Virus record (IMG/VR): IMGVR_UViG_3300042868_010004
Span: 127,123-191,122 of that record
Origin: a virus
Direction: 5' to 3' (one strand)
DNA length: 64,000 nt
Position 1 is the first letter of the stretch. Each line of letters begins with the position of its first letter. Below, one piece after another: positions 29,141 through 37,622 of this stretch. The notes under the pieces were generated by a model. The model saw only the letters and a list, made by a program, of their open reading frames with translations, searched no databases and was not told the DNA's origin. Made by a program: the position numbers and the translations under genes.

Positions 29141-29616
29141 TTCCGGTATTCCAAAAAGTAGTCGATCCGGGTAAAGGTGATTGTTGGCGGTGCTGCATTG
29201 CGTCAATTTTAGAATTGAATGTGGATTGTGTTCCGAACTTCGTAGGTGAGTCCGACCACTCAAAAGGCATTCTAGCCGAAGATTTGGTTCGTAAGTGGCT
29301 GAAAGACAGAGGACTATTCCTTTTAGAGATATTCCTTTGGAATGATCGTCCTTGGGATCACGTTCTGAATTGGATTCACCTTGACGGCTCGTTCTGCATT
29401 ATGTCCGTCCCTTCTCAGAAGTATCCAAAAGGCACCCATGCAGTCGTTGGGCAATTTCAGAAGGTCAAGGGCAGCACAGAGTTGGTAATCGTCCACGACC
29501 CCAACCCCGGAAACGCTCCGTATGGAGAGGTCAACCCGTCCCGCATTCAGTTCATTCTACCCTTCTTCCCCTCCGTACGGCCTGTCTTAACGAGAAATTC
29601 CCAAGATTGTCCTTGA
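29137..29616 (+). CDS. putative papain-fold (C39-like) protein
   Basis: TTGA overlap start; GDCWRCCIASILEL, THAVVG, VHDPNP. Confidence 0.5.
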   Translation: MIPVFQKVVDPGKGDCWRCCIASILELNVDCVPNFVGESDHSKGILAEDLVRKWLKDRGLFLLEIFLWNDRPWDHVLNWIHLDGSFCIMSVPSQKYPKGTHAVVGQFQKVKGSTELVIVHDPNPGNAPYGEVNPSRIQFILPFFPSVRPVLTRNSQDCP

Positions 29617-29641
29617 CCGCCCAACCAAAACTTCAGAACAT
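29613..29641 (+). promoter_or_regulatory. sigma70-like promoter, leaderless start at 29648
   Basis: TTGACC-N17-GAACAT, ATG 6 nt later. Confidence 0.55.
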
Positions 29642-29647
29642 TCCCCC

Positions 29648-30355
29648 ATGCGCAAATCAGACAAACCACTACAAACCGAGCCCAAGAAGCTAGCCAAGCC
29701 CGTCCTGACCTGTTATTCGAACATCCTAGAGAACATCCTGAATCTGGAACTCACTGGCCTACTAACCCCGGAGCGTTTGGAGGAAGTCAAGAAAGTTCTG
29801 TCCGATGACGCCTTCATTCCAGCTCGTCTGGATGGTGGCCGGGAAATTCCGGGCTGGTTTGCCAATAAATACACGGGCAATCTATTCAATGAGTGGTGTT
29901 CGACCCAGAAGTCCTTTCGGAATAAAGAGGTTTTGAATCAGCTCCTAACTGAGGCCGAAATCATTGTAATTAATGGTTTGGCTAATGAAGTTTGGTCCGA
30001 GCAGAAAGACGCCGAACGCTTTCAGAAGGCGGAGAAGGTCTTGGCGGACAATTGGACGGGTCGAGTTTTCTGGAGTGATGAGTTTTACGAAGATGTCGAT
30101 AGTTTTCTAGATCGGACGGAAGAAGAAAATACTCCCGACTTTATTTGGGCCGTGGACGAATCCGAGCCGGTTCTGCAACTTGATGCCGATTATATCGTGG
30201 AGAACGATACAGAGGACCGCGCCTATGAAGACTTTTCAATCTCCGATCTATCTGGATTTGAAGAGTTTCAGAATGCCGTTCAGAAGTTCAACGAGCAGAA
30301 TAAGGATGTAATTGTTTTCCGTCCAAGCTATAAAGTCGCTATTCTCTTAAAATGA
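29648..30355 (+). CDS. hypothetical acidic protein
   Basis: 235-aa ORF. Confidence 0.7.
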   Translation: MRKSDKPLQTEPKKLAKPVLTCYSNILENILNLELTGLLTPERLEEVKKVLSDDAFIPARLDGGREIPGWFANKYTGNLFNEWCSTQKSFRNKEVLNQLLTEAEIIVINGLANEVWSEQKDAERFQKAEKVLADNWTGRVFWSDEFYEDVDSFLDRTEEENTPDFIWAVDESEPVLQLDADYIVENDTEDRAYEDFSISDLSGFEEFQNAVQKFNEQNKDVIVFRPSYKVAILLK

Positions 30356-30684
30356 GCCACTTATTTATATACGCCCAGTTTGAGGACGGTTCCGTCTTCC
30401 ATCTCAAAGACGCGAAAATTAGATACCATCCAAACCAAATTTTAGTAAATCATATCGGTGCAGACCCTTATGTTGGAATATCTAAATCGGACCGCCTAAC
30501 CTTTCCTTTCCTATTGGACCCCAAATACAAATGCTTACCGGGGCAGGAGCAATATACGCTGACTTTTCAAAATCTACTTAATGGGAAATTTGTAGACGAG
30601 CCGTTTTATGTTGGCGATATTGAATTCCACCTAGTAAGCTATAGCGAGGATGGTTATAATGTGGCAGCAGGAAAGAAAAAATAA
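30352..30684 (+). CDS. hypothetical protein
   Basis: ATGA overlap. Confidence 0.65.
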   Translation: MSHLFIYAQFEDGSVFHLKDAKIRYHPNQILVNHIGADPYVGISKSDRLTFPFLLDPKYKCLPGQEQYTLTFQNLLNGKFVDEPFYVGDIEFHLVSYSEDGYNVAAGKKK

Positions 30685-30691
30685 TTCCGAC

Positions 30692-31108
30692 ATGCGAACT
30701 GTAAATATAGACGGGCATAATTTAGAAGTTCATACCTTTGACGATAAGACCCAGCCGAATCAAGATGTTCTCCGCTTGGGTAATTTAGGCCGCTTTAACG
30801 AGGTCGCTACGAATACCGACATTAAACTTGCACGAATTTGCGAGGTAAGTTCGACCCGCATCAAGACTTGGGAAGTCAGCCCTTGGTTGGTTGCCGCTTT
30901 TGAAGATCACAAACACTGGAATCGAAAAGCGACCGTCTCCAGTTTTTTAAACTCTGTCCAGAAGAATGCAAAGGCGTGGGCTCTGGCGAAAGACTTGTTT
31001 GTCATCCGCCTCCTATCTGACAAACCGGCGGAGAAAATTGATGGAGTTCGCGGGAAGAGTTCGGCGGGGATTTATTATGATGACTTAGGACTGTTTGAAG
31101 AGAAATAA
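30692..31108 (+). CDS. hypothetical protein
   Basis: ATG 30692 within ORF 30650..31108. Confidence 0.65.
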   Translation: MRTVNIDGHNLEVHTFDDKTQPNQDVLRLGNLGRFNEVATNTDIKLARICEVSSTRIKTWEVSPWLVAAFEDHKHWNRKATVSSFLNSVQKNAKAWALAKDLFVIRLLSDKPAEKIDGVRGKSSAGIYYDDLGLFEEK

Positions 31109-31121
31109 AAAATAAAACACT

Positions 31122-31328
31122 ATGGATTCAAAAACATATACAGAACGACTTGATGAAGAACTGGCTGAGATTTTCGCCGAATGCGATGATGAATGCGAGA
31201 ATGGGAATTACCATCACCTGATCGGTCTGGCGGAAAGCATTTTTGATGAGGTTTGGCCTTATGTTCCGCTCGGTGATCGCATTACGGTCGCCAAGGCAAT
31301 TTCAGAGAAGATTCAGAATTCATTCTAA
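31122..31328 (+). CDS. hypothetical protein
   Basis: Packed + strand ORF. Confidence 0.6.
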   Translation: MDSKTYTERLDEELAEIFAECDDECENGNYHHLIGLAESIFDEVWPYVPLGDRITVAKAISEKIQNSF

Positions 31329-31340
31329 AAACCCAATTTC

Positions 31341-31787
31341 ATGTCCCATCAATCCCTACCGAACAGTTTAAATATCGCCGAACCCGCCCTTCTATCATCC
31401 CATAATCGAATAATTCAATCCTTCACTCAGAATAATATCCCCTTCGAAGCCGAATACAATCAGGAATTCGACCCGGATTTCAGCTCGACCGTCTTCTATA
31501 CAATTCAGACCAATGACAAACGCTGCGGCTTCATCAGTTGTCCTAACGGGAGATTTGCCGGGGCGATCATCAAAGGAGAACGCATTCGATATTTGCAAAA
31601 AGAGGGGTTTGACATGGAGGAGTCGCTGGACTCTGAACCGGTCTTCGCAAAAGCCCCTTGTGTCATGGCGTTTGTTAGTATGTTGGCTGTTGACTTACTC
31701 GGGAAACTGGAGTTTGATTGCGACCTGATTGAGGAGTTTGATGAGACGACCAAAGATAGAAAAACGAAGAAAAAGAAAACTAAATAA
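31341..31787 (+). CDS. hypothetical protein, paralogue of 31799..32185
   Basis: LNIAEP..SEPVFAKAPCVMAFV..LIEEFD. Confidence 0.75.
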   Translation: MSHQSLPNSLNIAEPALLSSHNRIIQSFTQNNIPFEAEYNQEFDPDFSSTVFYTIQTNDKRCGFISCPNGRFAGAIIKGERIRYLQKEGFDMEESLDSEPVFAKAPCVMAFVSMLAVDLLGKLEFDCDLIEEFDETTKDRKTKKKKTK

Positions 31788-31798
31788 AAATCCCTAAA

Positions 31799-32185
31799 AT
31801 GAATAATCCTCTCAACATTGTCGAACCGAGCCTTCTGGCTCTCCATCAAAAAGTCGAGCAAACCCTCAATCTGAATGGCATTCAATTCACCGCTACGTAT
31901 TACAGGGAGGAAGATCCCAAATTTAACTCTTCCGTTCGTTATCACACGGAAATCCCCTTTAGAGTTGGCTTCATCGTTTCGAACAAGGGGGAATTCGGTG
32001 GGGCTGTTGTGAAAAGCTATAAAGGAAATAAAGATGGTAGTTCCGAGCCCGTCTTTGCATCCGCTTCCTGTGTTATGGCCTTCGTCGGGATGTTTGCCAT
32101 TGACAAAATTAAGGAATTGAAATTCGGAGATGAATTGATTAAAGAGTTTGACGCACTAAATAAAAATGACAAAAGCAAAAAATAA
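31799..32185 (+). CDS. hypothetical protein, paralogue of 31341..31787
   Basis: LNIVEP..SEPVFASASCVMAFV..LIKEFD. Confidence 0.75.
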   Translation: MNNPLNIVEPSLLALHQKVEQTLNLNGIQFTATYYREEDPKFNSSVRYHTEIPFRVGFIVSNKGEFGGAVVKSYKGNKDGSSEPVFASASCVMAFVGMFAIDKIKELKFGDELIKEFDALNKNDKSKK

Positions 32186-32411
32186 TACAAGCAAGACAAA
32201 GGCCGCTAAGACAATTAAGCCTGCCAAGAAAGTTCGGATTTGGTGGTTAAAACGGGAAGGTTGCGGTTACTGGACTGATAATCCCCCTGACTGGATCGGG
32301 GAATTTCAGGCAATGGCGGATGGAGATGTCTTTACGATTGAGCGTAAGGAACTCAGCCAGAGGGAGTTCAACAAACTGGCGAAAAATTCTGGCGAGTTTG
32401 ATGGTTGGTAA
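32166..32411 (+). CDS. hypothetical protein
   Basis: Packed + strand ORF. Confidence 0.6.
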   Translation: MTKAKNNTSKTKAAKTIKPAKKVRIWWLKREGCGYWTDNPPDWIGEFQAMADGDVFTIERKELSQREFNKLAKNSGEFDGW

Positions 32412-32426
32412 AACAATTTCTGAATT

Positions 32427-32663
32427 ATGATTGACAAAATTAAACACACAAAGGCAGAATACATTGAATCCGGCTCATATCAGGGCGGCGAGGAAGAGGC
32501 TTGGGATATCGGAGTTCGTTCAGGGGATGATTGCGTAGTTATGAAAGAAGCTGAATTTCAGAAGATCGAACTGATTTTCCGGCTGATTGAGAACGATGAT
32601 TCGGGCGATTTTGAATTTATTAAGCATCAGATTGGAAAGATTCTAACGGGGGAAAACGCGTGA
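32427..32663 (+). CDS. hypothetical protein
   Basis: Packed + strand ORF. Confidence 0.6.
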   Translation: MIDKIKHTKAEYIESGSYQGGEEEAWDIGVRSGDDCVVMKEAEFQKIELIFRLIENDDSGDFEFIKHQIGKILTGENA

Positions 32664-32971
32664 AAATGGCCAAAGCCAACTTCTCAGAATGGCAAAATTT
32701 AATGGATTTTGCTAATGAATACGAGGAAATGACTCGTCCATTCAGCCTCAAGCCTCCGTCCGATGCCGAACTTGGCGCGCTGATCCGGAAATTCAACCCC
32801 CAGTTCTTCCGAACGGTTTTCGGTTATGCAACTCTGGTTGACAATTTCTGTGATTCCAAATCGGATACTCTAGCGGTTGAACCGAAATTAGCTAAACTAA
32901 TGGAGGACAATCAATTTAAGATTGAGGGCGGGAATTATTTCAAGACAGAAGGGGATGCTGGCAATGAGTAA
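32660..32971 (+). CDS. hypothetical protein
   Basis: GTGA overlap. Confidence 0.65.
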   Translation: MKMAKANFSEWQNLMDFANEYEEMTRPFSLKPPSDAELGALIRKFNPQFFRTVFGYATLVDNFCDSKSDTLAVEPKLAKLMEDNQFKIEGGNYFKTEGDAGNE

Positions 32972-33509
32972 AGAACAGTGTAATAAATATCTGCATCCCC
33001 AAGGAAAAGACGGACCACGGGCTTGTCAGGTCTGCAATCTCGGTCCTTGCAAATTCCAGTCGTTCGGCGATCCGCCTCCTCTGGTTATTATAGTTGATTT
33101 CTTTAAACCCTCCGGCAAATGGTATGCGGGCGGGGAAGTCAAACTTAGTCCGGATACGTGGCCGCATTCACCTGACCTAAAACAGCAAATTGTCGATAAT
33201 CAAAAGGCTTTGCAAGACGGTTGGCAAGGGAATTATATCGTGGTGACGGATTATAACCCTGACAAGTCCGACAGGTTCTTCAAGTCGGTCTATCAGCCGG
33301 AGGAGTTTATGTTTGTCAGTAAGACCAAAAGTAAAGAAAAGAAGACGGCGGCGGAATGGCTGAACGAGCCAGAATTTTCTGACTTGATTCTTCTTGACAA
33401 TTGGCCGGTAAACACCGAATATAGCAGGGAGGAGTTCGAAGAGAAACTTCTGGCAAGCCGGGTTCAAGTTTCTAGTCAGAAGTTAAAACAAATGATTCAG
33501 TCTAAATAA
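32964..33509 (+). CDS. hypothetical protein
   Basis: ATG 32964 within ORF 32922..33509. Confidence 0.65.
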   Translation: MSKEQCNKYLHPQGKDGPRACQVCNLGPCKFQSFGDPPPLVIIVDFFKPSGKWYAGGEVKLSPDTWPHSPDLKQQIVDNQKALQDGWQGNYIVVTDYNPDKSDRFFKSVYQPEEFMFVSKTKSKEKKTAAEWLNEPEFSDLILLDNWPVNTEYSREEFEEKLLASRVQVSSQKLKQMIQSK

Positions 33510-33525
33510 TTTCATTCATTCATAT

Positions 33526-34122
33526 ATGCCTAAGGTAAAAATTCTCGTTAAGAAAGTTGAAGGACTAAAACTACCCGTTAAGGCAAATGATCTCGATGCC
33601 GCCTATGATGTTTTCTCTACATCTGGACCGAAAATTATCGGGACGGAAGTCGGAGGTGGTATTTATTCCGAGATTGATTATATTGAATATGGGACGAATC
33701 TTTTTGTCGCTCCGCAAACAACCGAGGAGGAGTTTGATATGAGGGGTTATACTTATTTAGATATTAATGATTGGTGGTTACAAGGACTACCCCGTTCAAG
33801 TATCAGTAAATACAATTTAATTCTTGCGAACTCTTGTCCTACAATAGATTGTGGGTTTAGGGGAGAGATCCGGATTCGTATGAAATATATTGTGCAGCCA
33901 TCAGATTTAGTTCTTCGACCTTATGCCTACGCTAATGAAACTCATTGGGAAGTTATGGGGGCGCGGGTCAATCTTGATAAATGCTACAAGGTCGGGGATC
34001 GCGTCTGCCAACTTCGCCCGGTGAAAAACATTGATATTGATTGGATTGAGGTTGACGAATTAGAGGAAACGGACAGAAATGAGGGCGGCTTCGGATCGTC
34101 TGGCGGGAATTCGGCAAAATAA
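33526..34122 (+). CDS. dut: trimeric dUTPase
   Basis: AAYDV, PRSSISK, TIDCGFRGEI, DRVCQL, RNEGGFGSSG. Confidence 0.92.
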   Translation: MPKVKILVKKVEGLKLPVKANDLDAAYDVFSTSGPKIIGTEVGGGIYSEIDYIEYGTNLFVAPQTTEEEFDMRGYTYLDINDWWLQGLPRSSISKYNLILANSCPTIDCGFRGEIRIRMKYIVQPSDLVLRPYAYANETHWEVMGARVNLDKCYKVGDRVCQLRPVKNIDIDWIEVDELEETDRNEGGFGSSGGNSAK

Positions 34123-34127
34123 AAAAC

Positions 34128-34394
34128 ATGAGCAAGACTCCAAAGGATAAATTTTCACCCGGACAATACTGGTTTGCAATCCAGAAGGAGGATGGGCAAG
34201 GCGTCCGCCATCAGATTGTTGAGCATAATAGGGAGGATGACCCGGAAAATCAGGGTGGGGTGCCGACTGAGCCCGAAATTATAACTTGGTCCGACCCGAC
34301 TGCAAATGGAGGGCATACATGGAGGGGGCCGAAGGAAGAGTTTGAGAAGCGGTTTAAATGGATTGGGTTTGATAAGAAAACAGGAGATAAATAA
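34128..34394 (+). CDS. hypothetical protein
   Basis: Packed + strand ORF. Confidence 0.6.
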   Translation: MSKTPKDKFSPGQYWFAIQKEDGQGVRHQIVEHNREDDPENQGGVPTEPEIITWSDPTANGGHTWRGPKEEFEKRFKWIGFDKKTGDK

Positions 34395-34982
34395 TTGATG
34401 AATAAAAAGTTGCACATTTTTCAAGACCTCGACGGGTGCCTAGCAGACTTCTGTAATGCCGCGATGAAAGCTCTCGGCGTGACAAAATATACAATCCCCC
34501 CGAATGAGCCAAATATGGAGAAGTGGCCGGGTGTAAATTGCACCACGAAAGAATTCTGGCTGGCAATTGATAAGACAGAGGAAGACTTCTGGGTCGGGAT
34601 TGAGAAGTTCCCCCATTCGGACCCAATCATGAAAATGCTTCATACCTATGGGGACGTTTTTTTTCTCACGAGCCCATCGCGGAATCCGAAATGTCTGTCC
34701 GGGAAAGCCATGTGGATTAAAAAGCACTATCCCCGCATGGTCAGAAATGTAGTTTATACTCCTGCGAAATATCTTTGTGCCAATTCGCATTCTATACTTT
34801 TAGACGACACGAGCGCGAAAATAAAGAAGTTCGCCGAACATGGGGGTTGGACAATCATGTGGCCGCAACCTTATAATGAAGCATGGGCGGATTTTCAACC
34901 GTATAAGGGGAATTATCAGGAGTATATTCGGGTGAAGCTGGAAGAAATCAAAAGCAAGATTCAACAAGACTATCAGGCATGA
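34395..34982 (+). CDS. HAD-family 5'(3')-deoxyribonucleotidase
   Basis: DLDGCLADF, FLTSP, GKAMW, ILLDD, QPYN. Confidence 0.88.
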   Translation: MMNKKLHIFQDLDGCLADFCNAAMKALGVTKYTIPPNEPNMEKWPGVNCTTKEFWLAIDKTEEDFWVGIEKFPHSDPIMKMLHTYGDVFFLTSPSRNPKCLSGKAMWIKKHYPRMVRNVVYTPAKYLCANSHSILLDDTSAKIKKFAEHGGWTIMWPQPYNEAWADFQPYKGNYQEYIRVKLEEIKSKIQQDYQA

Positions 34983-35128
34983 CTAATACTAATCCAACCA
35001 CAATCAATGTTTTCTGTCTTTGGAAGAATAGCGAACCGCATATTCAGAGGACGTTATACCAGCTAGATAATCTTCTGGCTTTACCGAATTTTAAATTCAA
35101 CCTGTTTTTAGTTTGGCATTGCGCCTAA
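34979..35128 (+). pseudogene. truncated 5' stub of the glycosyltransferase gene
   Basis: ATGA overlap with nucleotidase; INVFCLWKNSEPHIQRTLYQLDNLLALPNFKF is 22/32 identical to aa 6-37 of ORF 36080..36973. Confidence 0.85.
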
Positions 35129-35888
35129 GATCATCCCCTCCTAAATTTCTCCATCCCTTTACCTTTTTTATTTTGTCTTTTGAAAGCGCCCATATACTAG
35201 ACGCTTCAACACCTATTTCTTCGGCAAATTTTTTCAGGCTGCTTCCTTCTCTTATTTCTCCTGACTCGAAAATAAATCGAAAAATAGCCCCCTTTTCTTT
35301 TGGCGGGTTATCCGGATTTGTCCAGCCCTTATATCGCGGTATCTTTCCGGTTGAAACTGCGTATAAACCGCTAGTGTCGAAATTTGGAAGATTTTCCCGA
35401 CAAAATTTCCTTAAATTAGATCCTTCAATAATTTCCCCCGATGGGGATTTCAACCTAAAATTTTTAGCCAAATGATTTTGATTATAAAGCGTTTGTCTAA
35501 TTTTTGTTTTTGTATCTTCCCTCACTTTTCGCCCCTTTGTTTTGTCTCCTATCCTTCTTCGCGTTTCTTCTGAAAAGATTCGGTTCCCTTTTCCGCCTGT
35601 GTCTAAATTATACCCCCTAGGGGACAGGCTCTTATATAGTGTTATGAAGGTTTGCTCTAAATGATTTAGTTTTTCGGGCGAGTCTGTTTCCCATATAATT
35701 TCTTTTTTTAGTCTATTTTTGCCACCATTTTTAATAATAGATTTTATAATCATACCACTCCCTACATACCAATGATCTTTTTGCGGCAATCTTTTGGTCA
35801 TTCTTTGCCCAATGTAAATTTTACCGTTTTTAGTATCAGTCGTTTTATAGATGTAAAAATACTTTGGCGCGACATACTTTCTACTCAT
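35097..35888 (-). CDS. GIY-YIG homing endonuclease with NUMOD3
   Basis: YIYKT..KIYIGQ, YVGSG, EQTFI, GYNL, FSEETRRRIG, two C-terminal DNA-binding repeats. Confidence 0.9.
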   Translation of the reverse strand: MSRKYVAPKYFYIYKTTDTKNGKIYIGQRMTKRLPQKDHWYVGSGMIIKSIIKNGGKNRLKKEIIWETDSPEKLNHLEQTFITLYKSLSPRGYNLDTGGKGNRIFSEETRRRIGDKTKGRKVREDTKTKIRQTLYNQNHLAKNFRLKSPSGEIIEGSNLRKFCRENLPNFDTSGLYAVSTGKIPRYKGWTNPDNPPKEKGAIFRFIFESGEIREGSSLKKFAEEIGVEASSIWALSKDKIKKVKGWRNLGGDDLRRNAKLKTG

Positions 35889-36025
35889 TTTACCCCCTCT
35901 ACAATCAAAGCCCTTTTGATGACTTCTGCCATGCTGATTCCTTGCTCCTTAGCTTTCGCCTTTAAAGACTCCTTTTGGGAGTCTGTTAGAAAAACCTCGA
36001 TTTTTTGCTTGCCTTTTAGTTTCAT
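35885..36025 (-). CDS. ribbon-helix-helix (CopG-like) protein, 46 aa
   Basis: Manual translation MKLKGKQKIEVFLTDSQKESLKAKAKEQGISMAEVIKRALIVEGVK*; ATGA overlap with GIY-YIG. Confidence 0.8.
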   Translation of the reverse strand: MKLKGKQKIEVFLTDSQKESLKAKAKEQGISMAEVIKRALIVEGVK

Positions 36026-36079
36026 ACATGTAAGGATACACGGGGAATGCAGGAAAGAGAAAACAGAAAAGACAATTTT

Positions 36080-36973
36080 ATGACAAAAACAGTAATCAAT
36101 ACTTATTTACTCTGGAAAAATAGCGAGAATCATATTCAGCGGACTCTCTATCAGTTGGAAAATTTAATGAAATTGGAGGATTTTCAGTTCCAATTTTTCA
36201 TGTACGGCAACGATCACGCGGACCTAACGAATGAAATTCTTGAACAGTGGAAGGCAAGCCATCCAGAAGTATTGATTGTCAATCAGTATGAGGAATTGGG
36301 TGCGCCTTCATTTGGTTCGGTTCAATCAACAATCAGAACCTCGCTTATTGCCCACTACCGGAATAAATGCAAGAGAATGGGTCTGAATTATGATTCTCGC
36401 GCGTCTCTTGTGATCGACACTGACATTGAATGGACGAGCGATGACTTTTTATCCCTGTATAACAATCTAGTCATTCTCCCTTTGTGTGTCGGAGTTATCT
36501 CTAGCACTATTCAGTCGAATATTCCGGACTGGACGGAAAACATAGATCCGTTCAGTCAATATGATTTATTTCCATTCAGAGATAAACTTGGCAATCCGGG
36601 ATGTTATTTCAGTCGGACCCCGTTCTATCTGGAAGAGGACCGCCAGAAGTTTTTGGCCGGGGAGCCTGTGGAGATAGCGAGCGGATTCGGCTCAATGGCG
36701 CTATACGATTCTAAGACATATAATGATTGTCAGTATTCTGGTTCGTTCAATAGTGAGCATATCGCGCTATCTTATCAAATTCGTCAATTCGGAAAACTTT
36801 ACGTTGACCCCAAGGCGGTCCCTTCGACCACGATAGATCTGTCATCTGTCAATCTGGATGCCTGCCGTCAAATCGGGGCCGACAATTTTAAGAGAATGAA
36901 GGAAGTCAATCGGCTTCACAATTGGGCTTTGGCGGAGAAGTATGAATTTGAATTTAGAGCGAAAAACGCTTGA
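36080..36973 (+). CDS. GT-A fold glycosyltransferase (GT2/Anp1-like)
   Basis: IAHYRNKC, DxD motif VIDTDIEW, YDLFPFRD, SGFGSMALY, SEH. Confidence 0.7.
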   Translation: MTKTVINTYLLWKNSENHIQRTLYQLENLMKLEDFQFQFFMYGNDHADLTNEILEQWKASHPEVLIVNQYEELGAPSFGSVQSTIRTSLIAHYRNKCKRMGLNYDSRASLVIDTDIEWTSDDFLSLYNNLVILPLCVGVISSTIQSNIPDWTENIDPFSQYDLFPFRDKLGNPGCYFSRTPFYLEEDRQKFLAGEPVEIASGFGSMALYDSKTYNDCQYSGSFNSEHIALSYQIRQFGKLYVDPKAVPSTTIDLSSVNLDACRQIGADNFKRMKEVNRLHNWALAEKYEFEFRAKNA

Positions 36974-36997
36974 CTTGGGTTCGAAAACCTAGAAAAT
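36970..36997 (+). promoter_or_regulatory. sigma70-like promoter
   Basis: TTGACT-N16-GAAAAT. Confidence 0.5.
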
Positions 36998-37044
36998 GAA
37001 TTTCCGTTAGAGTATTAAACAACAAAAACAAAAAAATAAATATT

Positions 37045-37401
37045 ATGTCTAAAATTAATGAAATGCAAAAACACGAAGAGCAAGAGTTTGTTCGCGGGCA
37101 TGTAGATCAATCTCTTCGCATGCTAGCCTACGAATCTTTGTTCCGAAGCAAGGGTCATGGAAAGCATAGTGACGCAGAGGTGGATTCTCTGACGGGTCAT
37201 TATAAAGATCTCCTTTCAAACCGTGACAAGCCGTTTATTGAACTGTGTCTTTATTTTGAAAAGGAAGATATTGAAAAGATGGGGAAAGAGTATCTGGGTG
37301 AACTTGATCTAGTGGAGGCCACAATCAGGGCTAGCTCGTCTCCCGAAAAAATGGCCGCTTTTATCACTCTTTTTGGTGGCGGAACCGTAAATTACTCTTG
37401 A
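37045..37401 (+). CDS. hypothetical protein, distant paralogue of 42928..43293
   Basis: EEQE..Y.DL..N..ELCLYFEKEDI. Confidence 0.7.
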   Translation: MSKINEMQKHEEQEFVRGHVDQSLRMLAYESLFRSKGHGKHSDAEVDSLTGHYKDLLSNRDKPFIELCLYFEKEDIEKMGKEYLGELDLVEATIRASSSPEKMAAFITLFGGGTVNYS

Positions 37402-37426
37402 CCTCCTAGTCAAATTCCGCCAACCT
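37398..37426 (+). promoter_or_regulatory. sigma70-like promoter with no downstream ORF
   Basis: TTGACC-N17-CAACCT. Confidence 0.5.
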
Positions 37427-37432
37427 CTTCTC

Positions 37433-37543
37433 TGTTAGGTTAGTTCTTGCTCATATTAGTTTCGTTTGATTTATATTTGGTGCTAGGCCCCAAGGGGAAA
37501 GAGGGAGTTGTTAACCCACTTTCAATTACCCTTGGGGCTTTTT
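37433..37543 (+). ncRNA. candidate ~110-nt small RNA
   Basis: Lies between promoter 37398-37426 and long hairpin + T-run; no ATG. Confidence 0.35.
37485..37543 (+). terminator. long terminator-like hairpin
   Basis: AGGCCCCAAGGG / CCCTTGGGGCTT 12-bp stem, inner GAAAG/CTTTC, then TTTTT. Confidence 0.65.
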
Positions 37544-37566
37544 CCGCCCAAAAATAGAGACAAGAC

Positions 37567-37595
37567 TTGACAAAATCAGAAAACTTCTTATCAAT
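37567..37595 (+). promoter_or_regulatory. sigma70-like promoter for helicase
   Basis: TTGACA with imperfect -10 (TATCAAT). Confidence 0.4.
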
Positions 37596-37622
37596 TCAGT
37601 CCGAAAACAATCGTTCCGTCTA

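Larger units (their letters stand above)
35097..36079 (-). mobile_element. inverted RHH + GIY-YIG cassette inserted in glycosyltransferase 5' end
   Basis: Minus-strand two-gene unit flanked by two divergent copies of the same gene start. Confidence 0.75.
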
